This document shows positions 56,452 through 64,000 of a DNA stretch of 64,000 nt, piece by piece (position 1 is the stretch's first letter; the number at the start of each line of letters is the position of its first letter). The translations under genes and the position numbers were made by a program. The notes under the pieces were generated by a model, which worked only from the letters and a program-made list of their open reading frames with translations, was not told where the DNA came from and ran no database searches. The stretch comes from Veleropilina oligotropha. Its lineage: Eukaryota. The DNA is taken from NCBI GenBank assembly GCA_048128005.1, contig JBEUKZ010000107.1:372001-436000 (forward strand), written 5' to 3'.

Positions 56452-59356
56452 TGTCAGCATGGCAAGAGGTGACAGAGACGGACTATGAATGCTATTGTCA
56501 GCATGGTAGGAGGTGACCGAGATGTTGGACTATGAATGCTATTGTCAGCATGGCAGGAGGTGACAGAGACGGACTATGACGGCTATTGTCAACATGGTAA
56601 GAGATAACAGAGACGGACTATAAATGCTATTGTCAGCATGGCAAGAGGTGACAGAGACGGACTATGACGGCTATTGTCAGCATGGCAAGAGATATCAGAG
56701 ACGGACTATAAATGCTATTGTCAGCATGGCAGGCGGTGACAGAAATGTTCGACTATGAATGCTCTTGTCAGCATGGCAGGAGGTGACAGAGACGGACTAT
56801 GAATGCTATTGTCAGCATGGCAGGAGGTGACAGAGACGTACTATGAATGCTATTGTCAGCATGGCAGGAGGTGACAGAGACGTTGGACTATGAATGCTAT
56901 TGTCAGCATGGCAGGAGGTAACGGAGACGTTGGACTATGAATGCTATTGTCAGCATGGCAGGAGGTAACAGAGACGTTGGACTATGAATGCTATTGTCAG
57001 CATGGCAGGAGGTGAGAGAGACGGACTATGAATGCTATTGTCAGCATGGCAGGAGGTGACAGAGATGGACTATGAATGCTATTGTCAGCATGGCAGGAGG
57101 TGACAGAGATGTTGGACTATGAATGCTATTGTCAGCATGGCAGGAGGTGACAGAGACGGACTATGAATGGTATTGTCAGCATGGTAGGAGGTGACAGAGA
57201 CGTTGGACTATGAATGCTATTGTCAGCATGACAGGAGTTGGCAGAGACGGACTATGAATGCTATTGTCAGCATGACAGGAGGTGACAGAGACGGACTATG
57301 AATGCTATTGTTAGCATGGCAGGAGGTGACAGAGACGTTGGACTAGGAATGCTATTGTCAGCATGGCAGGAGGTAACGGAGACGTTGGACTATGAATGCT
57401 ATTGTCAGCATGGCAGGAGGTGACAGAGACGGACTATGAATGCTATTGTCAGCATGGCAGGAGGTGACAGAGACGGACTATGAATGCTATTGTCAGCATG
57501 GCAGGAGATGACAGAGACGGACTATGAATGCTATTGTCAGCATGGTAGGAGATGACAGAGACGTTGGACTATGAATGCTATTGTCAGCATGGCAGGAGGT
57601 AACAGAGACGTTGGACTATGAATGCTATTGTCAGCATGGCAGGAGGTGACAGAGACGGACTATGAATGCTATTGTCAGCATGGCAGGAGATGACAGAGAC
57701 GGACTATGAATGCTATTGTCAGCATGGTAGGAGATGACAGAGACGTTGGACTATGAATGCTATTGTCAGCATGGCAGGAGGTAACAGAGACATTGGACTA
57801 TGAATGCTATTGTCAGCATGGCAGGAGGTGACAGAGACGTTGGACTATGAATGCTATTGTCAGCATGGCAGGAGGTGACAGAGACGGACTATGAATGCTA
57901 TTGTCAGCATGGCAGGAGGTGACAGAGACGTTGGACTAGGAATGCTATTGTCAGCATGGCAGGAGGTGACACAGACGTTGGACTATGAATGCTATTGTCA
58001 GCATGGCAGGAGATGACAGAGACGGACTATGAATGCTATTGTCAGCATGGCAGGAGGTGACACAGACGTTGGACTATGAATGCTATTGTCAGCATGGCAG
58101 GAGGTGACAGACGGACTATGAATGCTATTGTCAGCATGGCAGGAGGTGACAGAGACGGAGTATGAATGCTACTGTCAGCATGGCAGGTGACAGAGACGGA
58201 CTATGAATGCTATTGTCAGCATGGCAGGAGGTGACAGAGACGTTGGACTATGAATGCTATTGTCAGCATGGCAGGAGGTGACAGAGACGGACTATGAATG
58301 CTACTGTCAGCATGGCAGGTGACAGAGACAGACTATGAATGCTATTGTCAGCATGGCAGGAGGTGACAGAGACGGACTATGAATGCTACTGTCAGCATGG
58401 CAGGTGACAGAGACGGACTATGAATGCTATTGTCAGCATGGCAGGTGACAGAGACGGACTATGAATGCTATTGTCAGCATGGCAGGAGGTGACAGAGACG
58501 GACTATGAATGCTATTGTCAGCATGGCAGGTGACAGAGACGGACTATGAATGCTATTGTCAGCATGGCAGGAGGTGAGAGAGACGTTGGACTATGAATGC
58601 TCTTGTCAGCATGGCAGGAGGTGACAGAGACGAACTATGAATGCTATTGTCAGCATGGCAGGAGGTGACAGAGACGGACTATGAATGCTATTGTCAGCAT
58701 GGCAGGAGGTGACAGAGATGGACTATGAATGCTATTGCCAGGAGGTGACAGAGACGTTGGACTATGAATGCTATTGTCAGGAGGTGACAGAGACGGACTA
58801 TGAATGCTATTGTCAGGAGGTGACAGACGGACTATGAATGCAATTGTCAGCATGGCAGGAGGTGACAGAGACGGACTATGAATTCTATTGTCAGCATGGC
58901 AGGAGGTGACAGAGACGGACTATGAATGCTATTGTCAGCATGGCAGGAGGTGACAGAGACGGACTATGAATGCTATTGTCCGGAGGTGACAGCGACGTTG
59001 GACTATGAATGCTATTGTCAGCATGGCAGGAGGTGACAGAGACGGACTATGAATGCTACTGTCAGCATGGCAGGAGGTGAGAGAGACGGACTATGAATGC
59101 TCTTGTCAGCATGGCAGGACGTGACAGAGACGGACTATGAATGTTATTGTCAGCATGGCAGGTGACAGAGACGGACTATGAATGCTATTGTCAGCATGGC
59201 AGGAGGTGACAGAGACGGACTATGAATGCTATTGTCAGCATGGCAGGAGGTGACAGAGACGGACTATGAATGCTATTGTCAGCATGGCAGGTGACAGAGA
59301 CGGACTATGAATGCTATTGTCAGCATGGCAGGAGGTGACAGAGACGGACTATGAAT
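56452..59356. repeat. Satellite, 44-bp unit with 47-bp, 41-bp and shorter variants (array A)
   Basis: Unit GTCAGCATGGCAGGAGGTGACAGAGACGGACTATGAATGCTATT. Confidence 0.97.
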
Positions 59357-60190
59357 AATAGAATCAAGCACCACATTGAGTTCCAGATAGAGAAATATCA
59401 GACGAGGGTGGGATGATGCAACAAATCACAACCGAGGCGTCAGCCGAGGTTGGGATGTTGCACCATCACACCCGAGACTGATATTTCTCTATCTGGAACT
59501 CAAATGTGGGGCTTGATTATTTTTCTCGCACCTCAAAAAGCTTGAAAAAGTTATTTTGATATGTCTTTACCTTGCGTATTCAAATAACCCAATCACTCAC
59601 CAGTAGTTCTTCCGACGCAATCGAATATAATTACGTACTTATGGAATAAATATTTATTCAATTCTTTAGTATTATTAAATAATAATAATTGTAAAATATT
59701 TAAATTCATAGCATAGGGTAATAAAAAGCTCGAACTATCACTATGCATGAGGTGATGTTACTTTTTAAGGCTATTTCGATATTTGTTTACCTTGCATACA
59801 GTATGAGTACGGGTATTACAAAAGCCCAATCACTCACCAGCTGTCAGCTGTTCTTCTGACGCAATCAAATATAGTTCCGTACTTATGGAATAAATATTTA
59901 CTCAATTTCATTAGTAACTTTAAAATATTAATAATTGAAAAAGTCGACAAAACGCTAAATATTTAAAATCATAACGTAGATTAAAAACGCTAGAACTATT
60001 GAACTGACAAGAAGTGACGTCACTTTTCAGAGGCAATGTTGTCTGTTTATAATTTGTTGCTGTCGATCTGCGTGTCTGCCATTGACTTATTTTCCAGAAA
60101 TTGTTGTCATAATTAAGTACATTCTGACAGAAGTGTTTGTGAAGCGTCGATCGCTCTGTAATTATGTTCGTATTTGCTGCCATACAGTCG
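59357..60190 (+). mobile_element. Non-coding repeat with a long 5' hairpin (family B); second copy starts at 63681
   Basis: Hairpin 59362-59518 with a perfect 25-bp arm (59377-59401 / 59478-59502). The right boundary is set by the duplication junction. Confidence 0.65.
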
Positions 60191-60509
60191 CCAAGCAGTC
60201 GCCAGCAAACAATCGAGTTTTCGAATTTACTCTGCCCTGTAAATCGGTGATATAAACTAGAAACAACAGGGGTCCCATGACTGTACCTTGGGGAACTCCG
60301 GAAGTCCATATTAGAGGATTTCTCTCCACCACTACCTGTTGTGAGCGGTCTGACAAGAAGTCTGAAATCCATGCTAACGTGGTTCCTCTGACGCCGTAAT
60401 GTTGTAGTTTAGCTGATAGTCGTCGATGTGGGACCTTGTCGAATGCCTTGCTGAAATCCAACAGTGTCGATGAGTCGAGCGTCTTGTACATGATAGTATT
60501 GCTGATCAT
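60191..60509 (-). pseudogene. Duplicated CR1-like RT fragment
   Basis: [37 protein letters not shown]. Confidence 0.85.
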
Positions 60510-60907
60510 TTACTCGTACCGATTGTTCAAATCCTCGGCTCTGGGGACTTTGTGATATCGAGTGCCGACACGGAGTTCACTGGCTGGAATGCACTAAGTA
60601 ACAGGAGTGGGCTCAAATTTAAGTTGAGATATGACATTCTTTGTTCAGTTATCAATCACAGTTGTCCGTAATTGGCCAATTTCCCCCGGGCTTTCCTCCC
60701 GCGATAATATCGACAATATCGTCTTGCCTTGAATCTAAAGGTTGTAAATATATAAGACATTAAGCATCGAGCCAATCCAACTGTGTTGCGTTATGTCATA
60801 CTGTTAACTGCCTAGAACTCCAGTAATAATTGTGACATGGCCTGCAGCTGTTAGGGTGTTAAGCATCAATGCAATCAACAGGACTAATGGTGCTCAACTC
60901 GTGCGAC

Positions 60908-63680
60908 TGTCAGCATGGCAAGAGGTGACAGAGACGGACTATGAATGCTATTGTCAGCATGGTAGGAGGTGACCGAGATGTTGGACTATAAATGCTATTG
61001 TCAGCATGGCAAGAGGTGACAGAGACGGACTATGACGGCTATTGTCAGCATGGCAAGAGATAACAGAGACGGACTATAAATGCTATTGTCAGCATGGCAG
61101 GCGGTGACAGAAATGTTCGACTATGAATGCTCTTGTCAGCATGGCAGGAGGTGACAGAGACGGACTATGAATGCTATTGTCAGCATGGCAGGAGGTGACA
61201 GAGACGGACTATGAATGCTATTGTCAGCATGGCAGGAGGTGACAGAGACGTTGGACTATGAATGCTATTGTCAGCATGGCAGGAGGTAACGGAGACGTTG
61301 GACTATGAATGCTATTGTCAGCATGGCAGGAGGTAACAGAGACGTTGGACTATGAATGCTATTGTCAGCATGGCAGGAGGTGAGAGAGACGGACTATGAA
61401 TGCTATTGTCAGCATGGCAGGAGGTGACAGAGATGGACTATGAATGCTATTGTCAGCATGGCAGGAGGTGACAGAGATGTTGGACTATGAATGCTATTGT
61501 CAGCATGGCAGGAGGTGACAGAGACGGACTATGAATGGTATTGTCAGCATGGTAGGAGGTGACAGAGACGTTGGACTATGAATGCTATTGTCAGCATGAC
61601 AGGAGTTGGCAGAGACGGACTATGAATGCTATTGTCAGCATGACAGGAGGTGACAGAGACGGACTATGAATGCTATTGTTAGCATGGCAGGAGGTGACAG
61701 AGACGTTGGACTATGAATGCTATTGTCAGCATGGCAGGAGGTAACGGAGACGTTGGACTATGAATGCTATTGTCAGCATGGCAGGAGGTGACAGAGACGG
61801 ACTATGAATGCTATTGTCAGCATGGCAGGAGGTGACAGAGACGGACTATGAATGCTATTGTCAGCATGGCAGGAGATGACAGAGACGGACTATGAATGCT
61901 ATTGTCAGCATGGTAGGAGATGACAGAGACGTTGGACTATGAATGCTATTGTCAGCATGGCAGGAGGTAACAGAGACGTTGGACTATGAATGCTATTGTC
62001 AGCATGGCAGGAGGTGACAGAGACGGACTATGAATGCTATTGTCAGCATGGCAGGAGATGACAGAGACGGACTATGAATGCTATTGTCAGCATGGTAGGA
62101 GATGACAGAGACGTTGGACTATGAATGCTATTGTCAGCATGGCAGGAGGTAACAGAGACGTTGGACTATGAATGCTATTGTCAGCATGGCAGGAGGTGAC
62201 AGAGACGTTGGACTATGAATGCTATTGTCAGCATGGCAGGAGGTGACAGAGACGGACTATGAATGCTATTGTCAGCATGGCAGGAGGTGACAGAGACGTT
62301 GGACTAGGAATGCTATTGTCAGCATGGCAGGAGGTGACACAGACGTTGGACTATGAATGCTATTGTCAGCATGGCAGGAGATGACAGAGACGGACTATGA
62401 ATGCTATTGTCAGCATGGCAGGAGGTGACACAGACGTTGGACTATGAATGCTATTGTCAGCATGGCAGGAGGTGACAGACGGACTATGAATGCTATTGTC
62501 AGCATGGCAGGAGGTGACAGAGACGGACTATGAATGCTACTGTCAGCATGGCAGGTGACAGAGACGGACTATGAATGCTATTGTCAGCATGGCAGGAGGT
62601 GACAGAGACGTTGGACTATGAATGCTATTGTCAGCATGGCAGGAGGTGACAGAGACGGACTATGAATGCTACTGTCAGCATGGCAGGTGACAGAGACAGA
62701 CTATGAATGCTATTGTCAGCATGGCAGGAGGTGACAGAGACGGACTATGAATGCTACTGTCAGAATGGCAGGTGACAGAGACGGACTATGAATGCTATTG
62801 TCAGCATGGCAGGTGACAGAGACGGACTATGAATGCTATTGTCAGCATGGCAGGAGGTGACAGAGACGGACTATGAATGCTATTGTCAGCATGGCAGGAG
62901 GTGACAGAGACGGACTATGAATGCTATTGTCAGCATGGCAGGAGGTGAGAGAGACGGACTATGAATGCTCTTGTCAGCATGGCAGGAGGTGACAGAGACG
63001 AACTATGAATGCTATTGTCAGCATGGCAGGAGGTGACAGAGACGGACTATGAATGCTATTGTCAGCATGGCAGGAGGTGACAGAGACGGACTATGAATGC
63101 TATTGCCAGGAGGTGACAGAGACGTTGGACTATGAATGCTATTGTCAGGAGGTGACAGAGACGGACTATGAATGTTATTGTCAGGAGGTGACAGACGGAC
63201 TATGAATGCAATTGTCAGCATGGCAGGAGGTGACAGAGACGGACTATGAATTCTATTGTCAGCATGGCAGGAGGTGACAGAGACGGACTATGAATGCTAT
63301 TGTCAGCATGGCAGGAGGTGACAGAGACGGACTATGAATGCTATTGTCCGGAGGTGACAGAGACGTTGGACTATGAATGCTATTGTCAGCATGGCAGGAG
63401 GTGACAGAGACGGACTATGAATGCTACTGTCAGCATGGCAGGAGGTGAGAGAGACGGACTATGAATGCTCTTGTCAGCATGGCAGGACGTGACAGAGACG
63501 GACTATGAATGTTATTGTCAGCATGGCAGGTGACAGAGACGGACTATGAATGCTATTGTCAGCATGGCAGGAGGTGACAGAGACGGACTATGAATGCTAT
63601 TGTCAGCATGGCAGGAGGTGACAGAGACGGACTATGAATGCTATTGTCAGCATGGCAGGTGACAGAGACGGACTATGAAT
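60908..63680. repeat. Satellite, 44-bp unit (array B, duplicate of array A)
   Basis: Same unit and same order of variants as 56452-59356. Confidence 0.97.
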
Positions 63681-64000
63681 AATAGAATCAAGCACCACAT
63701 TGAGTTCCAGATAGAGAAATATCAGACGAGGGTGGGATGATGCAACAAATCACAACCGAGGCGTCAGCCGAGGTTGGGATGTTGCACCATCACACCCGAG
63801 ACTGATATTTCTCTATCTGGAACTCAAATGTGGGGCTTGATTATTTTTCTCGCACCTCAAAAAGCTTGAAAAAGTTATTTTGATATGTCTTTACCTTGCG
63901 TATTCAAATAACCCAATCACTCACCAGTAGTTCTTCCGACGCAATCGAATATAATTACGTACTTATGGAATAAATATTTATTCAATTCTTTAGTATTATT

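Larger units (their letters stand above)
55737..64000 (+). repeat. Tandem segmental duplication, unit 55737-60190; second copy from 60191 runs off the right edge
   Basis: The LINE fragment, spacer, satellite (same order of rare variants) and hairpin element recur nearly identically. Position 64000 corresponds to 59676. Confidence 0.93.

Overview
This is eukaryotic, AT-rich, invertebrate-like genomic DNA, not prokaryotic. One intact host gene is present: a class I histone deacetylase (HDAC1/2, Rpd3 type) on the + strand. I assembled 16 coding exons by hand (18149-54274; 1548 nt, 515 aa), and intron 8 needs a non-canonical GC donor. The rest is repeats: five unrelated satellite families (46, 32, 22/25, 55 and ~44 bp units); a structurally complete DIRS1-type tyrosine-recombinase retrotransposon nested in a Tc1 element in intron 2; a decayed spliced hAT transposon whose intron holds three further insertions; two Helentron-associated (HINE-like) elements; piggyBac-like, Kolobok-like and CAG-ended MITEs; LINE and SINE remnants; and a ~4.4 kb tandem duplication at the right end. 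The least explained signal is two unrelated non-coding repeat families that each begin with a long hairpin interrupted by symmetric tandem G.A/G.A mismatches. That pattern suggests strand-specific recognition of a single-stranded hairpin. All coordinates were read by eye and no database searches were run.
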